A stretch of 64,000 nucleotides of DNA from an uncultured Isosphaeraceae bacterium (GTDB lineage: Bacteria; Planctomycetota; Phycisphaerae; Phycisphaerales; SM1A02), in NCBI GenBank assembly GCA_964546585.1, contig CAZJKE010000001.1:27521-91520 (forward strand), given 5' to 3'. Both the position numbers and the translations under genes were made by a program. This document shows positions 27,895 through 40,055 of this stretch, one piece after another. Each line of letters begins with the position of its first letter. Positions within the stretch are counted from its first letter, which is position 1. The notes beneath the pieces are model-generated. The model saw only the letters and a program-made list of their open reading frames with translations, was not told where the DNA came from and ran no database searches.

Positions 27895-30165
27895 ATGTCA
27901 CACCTTGCCTTCCCCCTGTTCCTGGCAGCAGCAACGACAGGTTTGTCCTTTGCCGACACGATGGGCCAAGAACCGGCTGAAGCTGAAGGACACACTCGTC
28001 TGGTGCTCCCGACGACGCAGAAGATCGAATCAGCGAGATTCACCTTCTCGGAACGATTCGGTCTGGACGCTGCCGCACCTCGGCAGATTGTCTTTCCAGC
28101 AGTCGACGTGGCCCAACTCATGCACGAGGACGATATGGCCTACCTCGATGGCGAGCGGAGACTCCGCGTTGCAACACCCCACTTCCACACTTTGCGACCC
28201 CGCGACGGCAGTTGGCAGCGAGTCCCCAACGGCTGGCTTTGGCGTGTGGACATCAGTTGCGAGGACGCGCTTGGCGTCAATCTTCACTTCACCGACATGC
28301 AGTTGCCTGAGGGTGCGGAGCTGATCGTCTATGACCCGTCTCGCCCCGGCGAATACACCGGCCCTTTCACCGATAACGGCGACTTCGACACCGGTGAAGC
28401 GTGGACAACATGCCTCGGCAGCGATGTTGCGAGAATCGAGTACTTCATCCCCCGAAGTGTGGCCAAGCGTCGCCCCCAATCGCTCCCCTTCGAACTTGCG
28501 GACATTATGCACGTGTACCGGGACTTCTTCCGTGACGGTGGGGGACGCGGGGCAGGCTCCTGCCACAACGATCCAGCGTGCTACGCCGAGTGGACGGATA
28601 CCTCATATTCCGTGGCTCGCATTCTCGTCGCCAACTCGTCGCTCTGCAGCGGCCAGTTGATCGCCACGATTGCGAACGACGAGACACCCTACTACTACAC
28701 CGCGAATCACTGTATCAGCACCTCCTCCGAGGCCAACAGTACGACATTCCTCTTCCGGTACATGCGAACCACATGCAGCGGCGGCGTTTCGTCCGGCACC
28801 ACGATCTCCGGCGGTGCTGATCTCGTCTCAGCGAACAGCAACGCTCAAGACGGCAATACACTGGTCATGATCCGCCGCGAGTTGACCGGCACTTTGCACT
28901 GGAACGGATGGACAATGGCGTCCATCGGAAGCGGGACGAATTCCACATCATTGCACCACCCAGACGGTGACTACATGCGGATCTCGTTTGGGGACAAGAT
29001 CAACGGCGACAGTTACCTCTACGGCATGGACTGGACTCCTTCGGACGGCCACGGTGATGGCGGCGTTACCGAGCCCGGCTCGTCCGGATCGGGGATCTTC
29101 CGCGACTCCGACAATAAGATCTACGGCTCGCTCTGCTGTGGTTCTTCGAGTTGCTCCAACACCAACGGATACGATTACTACAACCGGCTCAACGTGTCGG
29201 GTTTCACAACCTATTTGACCGCCGGCACGGATGACACCTACGAGGACAATGACACATGTGGATCGGCGGTCGTCCTCGCCAACGGAACCCATAGCAATCT
29301 CGTGGTCAAGTCCACGGACAGCGACTGGTACCACTTCGCCCTTCCCAATGGTGGCACCATGACCGGCACGGCGACTTTCACTGATGCCAACGGCGACATC
29401 GATCTTCGCATCTACCGCGGATGCAACGGCGATGATGGCGGCTCGCTGGTCGCATTCAGCCAGACTAACGGTAATAGCGAAACCTTCAACTACACCAACA
29501 CAAGCGGGCAGTCCGAGGACTATTACCTCTGGATCTACCTCGACCATGGACAGCGGAATACCTATTCGCTGACCGTCACAGCCGATGAACCACCGACCGG
29601 GCCCGCCCACGACCTCTGCGATGGCGCCCTTCCGATGGTCGCTGGCAGCAATGCCTTTGACACGACCGATGGCGAAAGCGACGGGTATGACGAGTCCGGT
29701 GGATGCACCGCTGGCGGCACATCGGTTGCGTCTGATGTCTGGTATTCCTTCACCGCAGATTGCTCCGGACAGATGATTGTCACAATCAGTGGCGACAACC
29801 TGTTCGAGCCGAAGGCTGCGATTTACGCTTCTTCCTGCCCGAGTGGGCCCAACGAAGCAGTCGCTTGCCTCTCCGACGAGACCGGCAACGCCGCCACGCT
29901 GGATGTCACTGAAGGAGATAATTTCTATCTCCGAATCGGCAGCGCCGATGGTACGACCGGTGAAGGATCAACCATGATCATCTGTGTTCCGGGCGAGGAC
30001 TGCCCAGGCGACTGCGCAGACTCCAACGGCGAAGTCGATGTCAACGATCTGCTGGCGCTGATCGGGGCGTGGGGTTCCAGCGGCGACTGCGATGTTGATG
30101 GCAGTGGCGAGATCAATGTCTCGGACCTGCTCGAACTGATCAGTGCGTGGGGTGTCTGCCCCTAA
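27895..30165 (+). CDS. Secreted S1-family lysyl-endopeptidase-like serine protease with pre-peptidase C-terminal-like domains and a dockerin-like tail
   Basis: Signal peptide MSHLAFPLFLAAATTGLSFA. His region CSGQLIATIANDETPYYYTANHC and Ser region GGVTEPGSSGSGIF closely resemble Achromobacter protease I. DTYEDNDTCGSAVVL resembles a PPC domain. The C-terminal duplicated DVNDLLALIGAWG / NVSDLLELISAWG is dockerin/EF-hand-like. Confidence 0.75.
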   Translation: MSHLAFPLFLAAATTGLSFADTMGQEPAEAEGHTRLVLPTTQKIESARFTFSERFGLDAAAPRQIVFPAVDVAQLMHEDDMAYLDGERRLRVATPHFHTLRPRDGSWQRVPNGWLWRVDISCEDALGVNLHFTDMQLPEGAELIVYDPSRPGEYTGPFTDNGDFDTGEAWTTCLGSDVARIEYFIPRSVAKRRPQSLPFELADIMHVYRDFFRDGGGRGAGSCHNDPACYAEWTDTSYSVARILVANSSLCSGQLIATIANDETPYYYTANHCISTSSEANSTTFLFRYMRTTCSGGVSSGTTISGGADLVSANSNAQDGNTLVMIRRELTGTLHWNGWTMASIGSGTNSTSLHHPDGDYMRISFGDKINGDSYLYGMDWTPSDGHGDGGVTEPGSSGSGIFRDSDNKIYGSLCCGSSSCSNTNGYDYYNRLNVSGFTTYLTAGTDDTYEDNDTCGSAVVLANGTHSNLVVKSTDSDWYHFALPNGGTMTGTATFTDANGDIDLRIYRGCNGDDGGSLVAFSQTNGNSETFNYTNTSGQSEDYYLWIYLDHGQRNTYSLTVTADEPPTGPAHDLCDGALPMVAGSNAFDTTDGESDGYDESGGCTAGGTSVASDVWYSFTADCSGQMIVTISGDNLFEPKAAIYASSCPSGPNEAVACLSDETGNAATLDVTEGDNFYLRIGSADGTTGEGSTMIICVPGEDCPGDCADSNGEVDVNDLLALIGAWGSSGDCDVDGSGEINVSDLLELISAWGVCP

Positions 30166-31333
30166 AGGCCATCAGAAGGCCGACAAGTCCGATCCCTAGC
30201 GAGACCCCCGCGATGCTCATGAGCGTCCACGGGGTTTCGCTCGTACTGCCCTCCGTGGCAACCGCTGCCAGTCCCGCAACCGGCCCAGCGGCGTAGCCGC
30301 AGCCAATGAGTGCCTCGTGCATGCCGCCAGCATCTACGCCGGCACGCCCGACCGCCATCGCGTAATACAACGCGGCGTAGTAGACGATGCCCATTCCCGC
30401 CCCGAAGACGGCCAACCCCGCAATGAGGATTGCGATGTTTCCGGCAGCGGCCACCAACCCGAAGCCGGTCGCCATCGCAATGGCGGCTGCGAAGAGTAGG
30501 CTCCATCGCCCGTGCCAATGTGGCCACTTCCACATCATCGTGGTCGCCGCCAAACGGGAGAGCATCCATGTTGCCGCAAGTGGTGTCTGTAGAGGAATGG
30601 GTACTTCCAGACTTGCGAGAAGGAATGGCAGAAGCGCCGCCAGCACGCCATTGATCCCGTAACTCAATGGGAGAAGCAATCGCGCGCCGCGCAACAACTG
30701 AGGGTAGTGAAGCGGCACAACCGTCTTGGCTTGATGCTCGTCGTGATGGGCGGGAGACTGTCCGTACCACGGAAGAGCGAGCGTTCCAAGCATGCTGGCA
30801 CCGCCAAGGGCGACGATGGCCAATGACGCATGCTGATCCATGAGCGGTGCGATGGCGAACATCGCACCGGCAGTTGCGACCATCCAGATGATATTCCACC
30901 ACCCGATTGCGCGGCGCATGTCTTGGCCGTGGCGACCGCTCACCAGATAACTCTCGACGATGGGCCACAGCCATGCGCTGCACAGGCTGATAACGCCGCC
31001 GGTCATCCAGATGATCCACGGGCCATCGGCCACCAGCGGCAGTGCGCAGGTCAGCGACTGTACAGCGAGGATCAGAGTCAGGACTGCCCGCGAGCTCGCC
31101 CGCTCCCCCAACCACCGCAGCATGGCTGAGGCGGTCAACGAACCTGCAACGTAGACGACGCCGATGAGCAGATACAACAACAGGTTTTCGACCTTGCCGA
31201 ACCCGTACTCGATGCGGGCTATGAACGGCAAGCCGTTCCAGAGCACGCCGGTGCCGATCGATGCCATGGCCGTCAGAAGAAGGGAGGCGGCCAGCGGCGT
31301 CGGACTCGCCTTGGGTTGCTGAGTTACATCCAC
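30140..31333 (-). CDS. MFS-type transporter
   Basis: About 12 predicted hydrophobic helices. GTG start at 31333. The alternative 402-aa frame (30162..31370) is Arg-rich and rejected. Confidence 0.6.
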   Translation of the reverse strand: MDVTQQPKASPTPLAASLLLTAMASIGTGVLWNGLPFIARIEYGFGKVENLLLYLLIGVVYVAGSLTASAMLRWLGERASSRAVLTLILAVQSLTCALPLVADGPWIIWMTGGVISLCSAWLWPIVESYLVSGRHGQDMRRAIGWWNIIWMVATAGAMFAIAPLMDQHASLAIVALGGASMLGTLALPWYGQSPAHHDEHQAKTVVPLHYPQLLRGARLLLPLSYGINGVLAALLPFLLASLEVPIPLQTPLAATWMLSRLAATTMMWKWPHWHGRWSLLFAAAIAMATGFGLVAAAGNIAILIAGLAVFGAGMGIVYYAALYYAMAVGRAGVDAGGMHEALIGCGYAAGPVAGLAAVATEGSTSETPWTLMSIAGVSLGIGLVGLLMAFRGRHPTH

Positions 31334-31387
31334 CCGGCGATGATAGGAACCTGAACACCGATATTGGCAAGAGGCTACATCACCGCC

Positions 31388-31591
31388 ATGGCCGAACCCA
31401 CTCCATCAAACAACCCACGACAGCAGAATCTCGCGGCCTTCATTGCCGCTGTTGCGCTCGGAGGCGGCATGGCTGGTGCCTTCGGCGTTGCTTTGAAGAA
31501 CTGGGGCATGGGCGTGGCGCTCGGCGCAGGCATGGCCGTGGCCTTCTTCGTGGCCCTGCGGCATGTCTTCGCAAAGTCCGGATCGAAGTAA
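31388..31591 (+). CDS. Small Gly/Ala-rich membrane protein (hypothetical)
   Basis: Two glycine-zipper-like hydrophobic segments (AAFIAAVALGGGMAGAFGVAL, GVALGAGMAVAFFVAL). ATG at 31388. Weak support only. Confidence 0.3.
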   Translation: MAEPTPSNNPRQQNLAAFIAAVALGGGMAGAFGVALKNWGMGVALGAGMAVAFFVALRHVFAKSGSK

Positions 31592-31611
31592 TCGGCCAAG
31601 TGCCCCCTCAA

Positions 31612-31685
31612 CGTCCACGGCAGGGCTCGAACCTGCAACCTTCGGCTTCGGAGGCCGACGCTCTATCCAATTGAGCTACGCGGAC
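31612..31685 (-). tRNA. tRNA-Arg (CCG anticodon)
   Basis: Reverse complement GTCCGCGTAGCTCAATTGGATAGAGCGTCGGCCTCCGAAGCCGAAGGTTGCAGGTTCGAGCCCTGCCGTGGACG, with anticodon loop CTCCGAA. It starts 7 nt downstream of the guaB stop. Confidence 0.9.
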
Positions 31686-31692
31686 TGCGAAC

Positions 31693-34433
<2,741 letters not shown>

Positions 34434-34441
34434 TCACCCGC

Positions 34442-36091
34442 ATGCTGGCCGACACCACTCCCGTTTTCCTGCTGAGCCCTTGGAAGCCCGTTCTCATTAC
34501 GGTCACGTACATCGCATGGGCTTGGCTGCTTGGAACCAAACTCGACAAGGATGCGCAGCTCTTCCGCCTGAACCCCCAGAAGTGGAACGCGGTGCACATC
34601 ACCTGCGCCGCCATTGCACTCGGGATCATGCTCGGGGCAGGGATCTTCTACGTCAGTTATCCGATAGGCGTTGTTGTCCTGATGACGCCGATACTCATCT
34701 ATTGGCGCATCCGAAACGCAGCGGTGCCGGAAGGCAAGCAGTTCAAACTTGGCGTGGGCTCGATCAAGTCAATATTGGAACAGCGGAAGATCTCTAAGGC
34801 CGGCCGAAGTGTCTCCATGCGATTCGAAAGTTCTACCGGCCCAATCCCTATTCCCGGCAAGGAGGACCCCCAACTGGGTATCTACCTCGACGCGGAAACA
34901 TATCTCACAGCAGCGTTGGACGGACGGGCCTCGCGTCTTGAAATGCAACTCTCAACAAAGGGCTGCGTCGCAGCCATGTTCGTCGACGGCATCGGGTCAA
35001 AACTCGATCCTATCCCAACTCAAGAAGGTGCGAAACTCTTTGCGTTCGTCAAATCGCTTGCAGGCACGGATCCCAGTGATGTCCGTCGCCGCCAAGTCGG
35101 TTCGTTCGAAATCGAGCATGGCGATCGGCATGTCGTGGCTGACTTGACAGCGTCAGGTGGGCGAAGCACCCAAGTATTGCGGTTGGAATTCGATCGCCGG
35201 GAAGGTGCGCTTCGAAGCGTCGACTCGATTGGATTCATGACTAAGCAGGCTGCAGAACTGCATCGCCTTCGCAACGAAGAACTGCGTCATGGCATCGTCC
35301 TGATTGGTGGAGAGCGGCAACAAGGACTCACAACGACCGGGTATGCGCTCATTGCCAGCCATGACGCCTACCTCTGCAACATTCGAACGCTGGAACATGA
35401 GGTCATCGCCGAAGTCGAGGGCGTCACACATCAACCTCTTGCCGACGGCGATGGCGACTACGCCACCCAACTGCAAACGATTATTCGACGCGACCCGGAG
35501 GTTATTCTCGCGACCGATCTGGTCGACGCCGAGGCAGCGAAGATTGCGGTGAAGCCGGGCTTGGACGGACCGCTGATCTTCATCACCATTCCAGCCAAGT
35601 CAATGAATGACATGGTCTCCAACTGGGCTGGGATGATCGGTGATCCGCGGGCAGCGTTCAGCGGCCTTCGAGCGGTCATCTACCAGCGATTGGTGCGTCG
35701 CCTCTGCGAAAATTGCCGCGTTGGATACAAGCCATCGGAGGAGCTCGCCCGGCAAGGCCTGCCCATTGAAGGCGTGGACATTCTCTTCCAAGCGGGCGGC
35801 CAGATACAGGTCAAAAACAAGGTGCAAACCTGTCCGGTCTGTCGCGGCACGGGCTACCTCGGGCAAGTCGCCGTCTTCGAAACGCTGTTCCTCGATGATG
35901 AGGGACGCAAACATCTGGTCGCCGGCGACTTGAAGGCGGCACGGTCCCATGCTCGCCGAAACAAGCACATGACTCGTCTCCAGGAAGCGGCGTGGTTCAG
36001 GGTGGCGGAGGGCCAGACCTCGCTCAAGGAATTCGGCCGGGCTGCGGCGGCGGGCAAGTCCAGGAAACCAGCATCAGCGGAGGCCAAGTAA
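34442..36091 (+). CDS. Membrane-anchored GspE/PilB-like protein with degenerate ATPase motifs (putative pseudo-ATPase)
   Basis: N-terminal ~100 aa hold 3-4 hydrophobic helices. The C-terminal GspE-like core retains QRLVRRLCENC..CPVCRGTGYLGQVAVFE (tetracysteine region). However, Walker A reads GGERQQGLTTT, the Asp box TLEHEVI, Walker B DPEVILATDLVD, and the His-box region PLIFITIPAKS. ATG at 34442, 8 nt after the pilT stop. Confidence 0.7.
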   Translation: MLADTTPVFLLSPWKPVLITVTYIAWAWLLGTKLDKDAQLFRLNPQKWNAVHITCAAIALGIMLGAGIFYVSYPIGVVVLMTPILIYWRIRNAAVPEGKQFKLGVGSIKSILEQRKISKAGRSVSMRFESSTGPIPIPGKEDPQLGIYLDAETYLTAALDGRASRLEMQLSTKGCVAAMFVDGIGSKLDPIPTQEGAKLFAFVKSLAGTDPSDVRRRQVGSFEIEHGDRHVVADLTASGGRSTQVLRLEFDRREGALRSVDSIGFMTKQAAELHRLRNEELRHGIVLIGGERQQGLTTTGYALIASHDAYLCNIRTLEHEVIAEVEGVTHQPLADGDGDYATQLQTIIRRDPEVILATDLVDAEAAKIAVKPGLDGPLIFITIPAKSMNDMVSNWAGMIGDPRAAFSGLRAVIYQRLVRRLCENCRVGYKPSEELARQGLPIEGVDILFQAGGQIQVKNKVQTCPVCRGTGYLGQVAVFETLFLDDEGRKHLVAGDLKAARSHARRNKHMTRLQEAAWFRVAEGQTSLKEFGRAAAAGKSRKPASAEAK

Positions 36092-36099
36092 GGAACACC

Positions 36100-37710
36100 A
36101 TGGCACTCCTTCTCAATCTTGCAGTGATCGGCCTGGTAGCACTCATCGCCTACTGGTGGGCCAATCAAGGCCTCCTGAGCGCGCTCCTGCACATGATCTG
36201 TGTCATTGCGGCCGGCGCGATTGCGTTTGCAGTCTGGGAGCCAGCGACTATTGCCATGCTCAACGGCGGAGCGTTCGACAACTACGCCTGGGGCGTTGTG
36301 CTGGTGGGATCGTTTGCCGTTTCGCTCTTTGTGCTGCGACTTGCCGCCGACCGACTTGCGCCAGGTGCAGCGCAACTTCCACAGTGGGCCAATCTTGGAT
36401 TCGGCGGGCTTCTTGGCGCCATTGCCGGTGTGTTGACGGTCGGGATCTGCGTCATCGGAACCGGGTTCATTCAATCCAACTCGGAGATCATGGGCTATCG
36501 AGGCTTTGGGCGGGATGCCAACACGCAGGCGTCGATCGGCCCGGTAGGTACGCCGCTGTATCTGCCCGTTGCGACGCTGACCGCACAGTTCTACGGGTTC
36601 CTGAGCGTCGGCAGTTTATATCCGGACATCAGCGGTGCTCCGCTTCGCGAGTACAACCCGGAAGTCGATCGCCTGGCATGTCTTGTCCGCGACTCGTTCG
36701 AAAACGGTAAGGGCCAACTCGCTCTTTCGCCTGATTCCGCAACGGTCACGAAGGTGCAGCAAGGCGATGGCATCGTGGCGGTTCAACTGAAACTTCGCGC
36801 CCAAGCCATGGACTTTGGTGGGCAACTGACGCTCTCAAGTTCGCAGGTTCGCCTCATCGGCTACCCGAAGACCGGTGAGGATCCGGACATTTACTACCCA
36901 GTTGCATGGCAACAGGAGACCATGCAGGGGAACGGCCTGTATCGATTTGATGACATCTCCCATTACGCCAGCAGCGTCCCCGGACGCAAGGAAGCCGACA
37001 TCACACTGGCATTTGAGACGCCGGACGATTTCAGGCCACGGTTTCTGCAGGTTCGTGGGACACGACTGAACACGCCCGATGTCGAGCAAGTGGACATCCC
37101 CGCCTACCTTGTCCAGTTGGTGCGGGGCCAGAATCTCAGCCCGGAAGAGATCCTTGCTGCGCGGCCGCCAGCGGGCTACCCGCTGGACAATGTCATCGGC
37201 ATCACGCCGAAGATCGGCCGGCTCAACCTGTCAGCGAACGGGCTTCCGACCAGCATGGATGTCAAGGAGAACTGGCTCATCAGCGGGACGCTGATTGTGC
37301 CATGGCGAGGCGGCAGTGTTTCGCAGGGTCTCCGCATCAAGGGCGTGTACGCCGACCCCGACACATTCATCGTGCAGGTCGCCATCAATCGCGAAAGTCC
37401 TGCGTCGATCTTTGAACTCCTATCGGCTGTGGGTGGTGACGCGTCGATGTATCTCGTCGACACCGACGGCAACAAGTACCCGCCGATCGGCTACTGGATG
37501 GATGAAGGAACGGGCAAGGTTCGCATCGTCCTCTCCCCGGAAAGCCCAATTCGGTCCATCGGCGAACTCCCGCCATTGGCGACCAGCGGCGGCAAGAACA
37601 TGTCCCTGATCTTCCAGATCACCGAGGCTGTCACGCTGCGAGAGTTTCTTCTCGGCGATGTCATCGTCGGGACCTGTGACATCAAGGTTGCAGGCCGGCG
37701 ACGCCAGTAG
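36100..37710 (+). CDS. CvpA-like polytopic N-terminal domain fused to a ~370-aa domain of unknown function
   Basis: N-terminus MALLLNLAVIGLVALIAYWWANQGLLSALLHMICVIAAGAIAFAVW plus further TM helices, as in the CvpA family. ATG at 36100 is preceded by AAGGAA. The remainder is beta-rich with no motif I recognise. Confidence 0.45.
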   Translation: MALLLNLAVIGLVALIAYWWANQGLLSALLHMICVIAAGAIAFAVWEPATIAMLNGGAFDNYAWGVVLVGSFAVSLFVLRLAADRLAPGAAQLPQWANLGFGGLLGAIAGVLTVGICVIGTGFIQSNSEIMGYRGFGRDANTQASIGPVGTPLYLPVATLTAQFYGFLSVGSLYPDISGAPLREYNPEVDRLACLVRDSFENGKGQLALSPDSATVTKVQQGDGIVAVQLKLRAQAMDFGGQLTLSSSQVRLIGYPKTGEDPDIYYPVAWQQETMQGNGLYRFDDISHYASSVPGRKEADITLAFETPDDFRPRFLQVRGTRLNTPDVEQVDIPAYLVQLVRGQNLSPEEILAARPPAGYPLDNVIGITPKIGRLNLSANGLPTSMDVKENWLISGTLIVPWRGGSVSQGLRIKGVYADPDTFIVQVAINRESPASIFELLSAVGGDASMYLVDTDGNKYPPIGYWMDEGTGKVRIVLSPESPIRSIGELPPLATSGGKNMSLIFQITEAVTLREFLLGDVIVGTCDIKVAGRRRQ

Positions 37711-37712
37711 CG

Positions 37713-39053
37713 CTACGCCAAGAGTCGCTCAACCCAGTAGATGTCGAAGTTGTGTTTCACGAAGGGTGGCTCCTGCAACAGCCGCTGGTGCAGCGGAATC
37801 GTCGTTGCCAGCGGCTCGCACTTCAACTCGGCGAGTGCAACCCGCATGCGGGCGATTGCTTCCTCGCGGTCGCTGCCGTGCACGATGAGTTTGCCGATCA
37901 TTGAGTCGTAGTTGGGCGGAATGACATAACCCTCTCGCACATGCGTATCGACGCGCACGCCGGGGCCACCGGGAAGTTGCAGGGTTTCAATGCGGCCCGG
38001 TTGAGGACGGAAATCGTGTTCAGGATCTTCGGCGTTGATGCGACACTCAATGGCATGGCCGTTGAGTTGGACCTCATCCTGCGTCCATGAGAGTTCTTCG
38101 CCCGCAGCCACTCGGATGGATTCCTTGACGATGTCGACTCCGGTGATCATTTCGCTGACGGGGTGTTCAACCTGGACCCGCGTGTTGACCTCCAGCATGT
38201 AGAACTGCTGCTGCTCATCCATCAGGAATTCGACTGTCGCCGCGCCGCTGTAGCCCGCCTCCCGCACCAGCCTCGCTGCTGAGGCGCACACCTTGTCGCG
38301 GGTGGCTGGGTCGATTCCGGGCGCCGGACCTTCTTCAATCAGTTTCTGGTGTCGTCGCTGGCTTGAACAGTCTCGGTTGAAGAGGTGAATTGCGTTGGCG
38401 TGCTTGTCGCCAAGGACCTGCACCTCAACGTGCCTCGCGCTTTGCAGGAACTTCTCGACATAGACGGCCCCATTACCAAAGGCGGCCTCCGCTTCCTGTT
38501 GCGCGGCGACGATGCCGGCGCGGAGGGACTGTTCATCTTCGGCAATCCGCATTCCCCGACCGCCGCCACCGGCCGACGCCTTGACGATGACCGGGTATCC
38601 GATGGCACCCGCTACTTCCGCGGCCTCGTCGATCTCCTCGATTGCTCCCTCGGAGCCTGGGAAGATCGGCGTGCCCGCCTTCTTTGCCAAGGCCTTGCAG
38701 GTGATCTTGTCCCCCAACTTGGCCATGGCCTCAGGGCTCGGGCCGATGAATTCGATGTTGCAGTCACGGCAAACTTCGGCGAAGTGGGCGTTTTCGGCGA
38801 GAAAGCCATAGCCCGGATGAATAGCCTCGGCATGCGTCATTTCGGCTGCGGCCATGATCCGATCGATCCGCAAATATGAGTCGGCCGCGGGCCCCCTTCC
38901 GATGCACACGGTTGCATCAGCCATATCCAACCACGGCCCGTCGGCGTCCGCAGTTGAGTACACGCAGACTGCCTCCACGCCGAGGCTGTGGGCTGCCCTG
39001 ATGATCCTCAGGGCGATCTCCCCACGATTCGCGATGAGTATTCGGGTGAACAT
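37713..39053 (-). CDS. accC: Acetyl-CoA carboxylase biotin carboxylase subunit
   Basis: MFTRILIANRGEIALRIIRA N-terminus, ATP-grasp GGGGRGMR and EMITGVDIV. Confidence 0.95.
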   Translation of the reverse strand: MFTRILIANRGEIALRIIRAAHSLGVEAVCVYSTADADGPWLDMADATVCIGRGPAADSYLRIDRIMAAAEMTHAEAIHPGYGFLAENAHFAEVCRDCNIEFIGPSPEAMAKLGDKITCKALAKKAGTPIFPGSEGAIEEIDEAAEVAGAIGYPVIVKASAGGGGRGMRIAEDEQSLRAGIVAAQQEAEAAFGNGAVYVEKFLQSARHVEVQVLGDKHANAIHLFNRDCSSQRRHQKLIEEGPAPGIDPATRDKVCASAARLVREAGYSGAATVEFLMDEQQQFYMLEVNTRVQVEHPVSEMITGVDIVKESIRVAAGEELSWTQDEVQLNGHAIECRINAEDPEHDFRPQPGRIETLQLPGGPGVRVDTHVREGYVIPPNYDSMIGKLIVHGSDREEAIARMRVALAELKCEPLATTIPLHQRLLQEPPFVKHNFDIYWVERLLA

Positions 39054-39067
39054 CCCTCAGTGCTGCT

Positions 39068-39517
39068 CTATTCGGGCTTGATAAGGAACAGTGGCTGGCC
39101 GAATTCGACAGCCTCGCCATTCTTGACCAGCACTTTCTGGATAGTGCCGCCGCACTCAGCCTTGATCTCATTGAAGATTTTCATGGCCTCGACGATGCAT
39201 ACGACCGTGCCCTCCCCAACGGAGTCGCCGACAGTCACAAACGGTGCTGCATCCGGATCGGAGGCGATGTAGAAGGTGCCGACCATGGGGCTGGTCAACT
39301 CGATGCCCTCAAGCACGGACGGCTTTTCTTCTGCGGGCGGTGGCGCGACTGTCGGAGACGGTGCCGGGGCAACTGCCGGGACAACTGCCGTTGCCGCTCC
39401 GGAGCCGTGGTGTTTCCGCAGCGTCACCTGCTCGTCAGGGTCGCGAAGATCGATCTCGGTGAGGTCATTGTTGACCATCAACTTGACCAGTTCCTTCAAC
39501 TTGCGAATGTCAATCAT
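39068..39517 (-). CDS. accB: Biotin carboxyl carrier protein
   Basis: Pro/Ala linker and biotinylation motif EAMKIFNEI. Strong GAAGGAG Shine-Dalgarno sequence upstream of ATG 39517. Confidence 0.9.
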   Translation of the reverse strand: MIDIRKLKELVKLMVNNDLTEIDLRDPDEQVTLRKHHGSGAATAVVPAVAPAPSPTVAPPPAEEKPSVLEGIELTSPMVGTFYIASDPDAAPFVTVGDSVGEGTVVCIVEAMKIFNEIKAECGGTIQKVLVKNGEAVEFGQPLFLIKPE

Positions 39518-39630
39518 CGTCGATCACTCCTTCTCGTTGCCCGAACAGGCCGCGAAGTATAGCGATCTCACGCGATCGTGCCCCGATCCTGCATAGGCTG
39601 TCCGGAACCGGTCCCGGGCACTTCTTGGTG

Positions 39631-40035
39631 TTAGACACCCTTTGGTTTGCCGAGAATCTCGGCGACGATGATGGAGGAACGAAGCGAGCGGGGGGACCTC
39701 AGCATCGCACGGACATCTGCCGACTGGCGAGAGCGGCGAGACGCGGTGGCAGGCTCTGTCGTTGAATGCGACTTGCCAGACAGATGCTCCCAGGAATGCT
39801 CCGAAACAGGCCTGTTCCGAGCCGGGGGCTCCGGGGTCGGTGGCGGCGGTGTGGGCTGCGTGCTACGCCGATTACGAAGGGCGGACGCCCGGTCTTCACC
39901 AGGAGGCACTTCCGGTGCCTCGCCAGCGTCGGGCCCCGCGGCGGCGGCCCGTTTCTCCTGCGCTTTCTGGATCATCGCAGAAACAACCGACCAGACCACG
40001 CTGACCAGCACCAGGATAAGTACACCCTTGGACAT
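39631..40035 (-). CDS. Hypothetical membrane-anchored Pro-rich protein
   Basis: N-terminal TM helix GVLILVLVSVVWSVVSAMI followed by a low-complexity Pro/Arg/Ser-rich region. Coding status supported only by position in the operon. Confidence 0.35.
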   Translation of the reverse strand: MSKGVLILVLVSVVWSVVSAMIQKAQEKRAAAAGPDAGEAPEVPPGEDRASALRNRRSTQPTPPPPTPEPPARNRPVSEHSWEHLSGKSHSTTEPATASRRSRQSADVRAMLRSPRSLRSSIIVAEILGKPKGV

Positions 40036-40055
40036 GCCCGCAGTATATGGTCGCC

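Noticed and set aside
30162-31370. 402-aa minus-strand ORF overlapping the MFS transporter in another frame
   Set aside because: The translation is extremely Arg-rich and non-hydrophobic. The alternative frame (30140..31333) gives a coherent 12-helix membrane protein.
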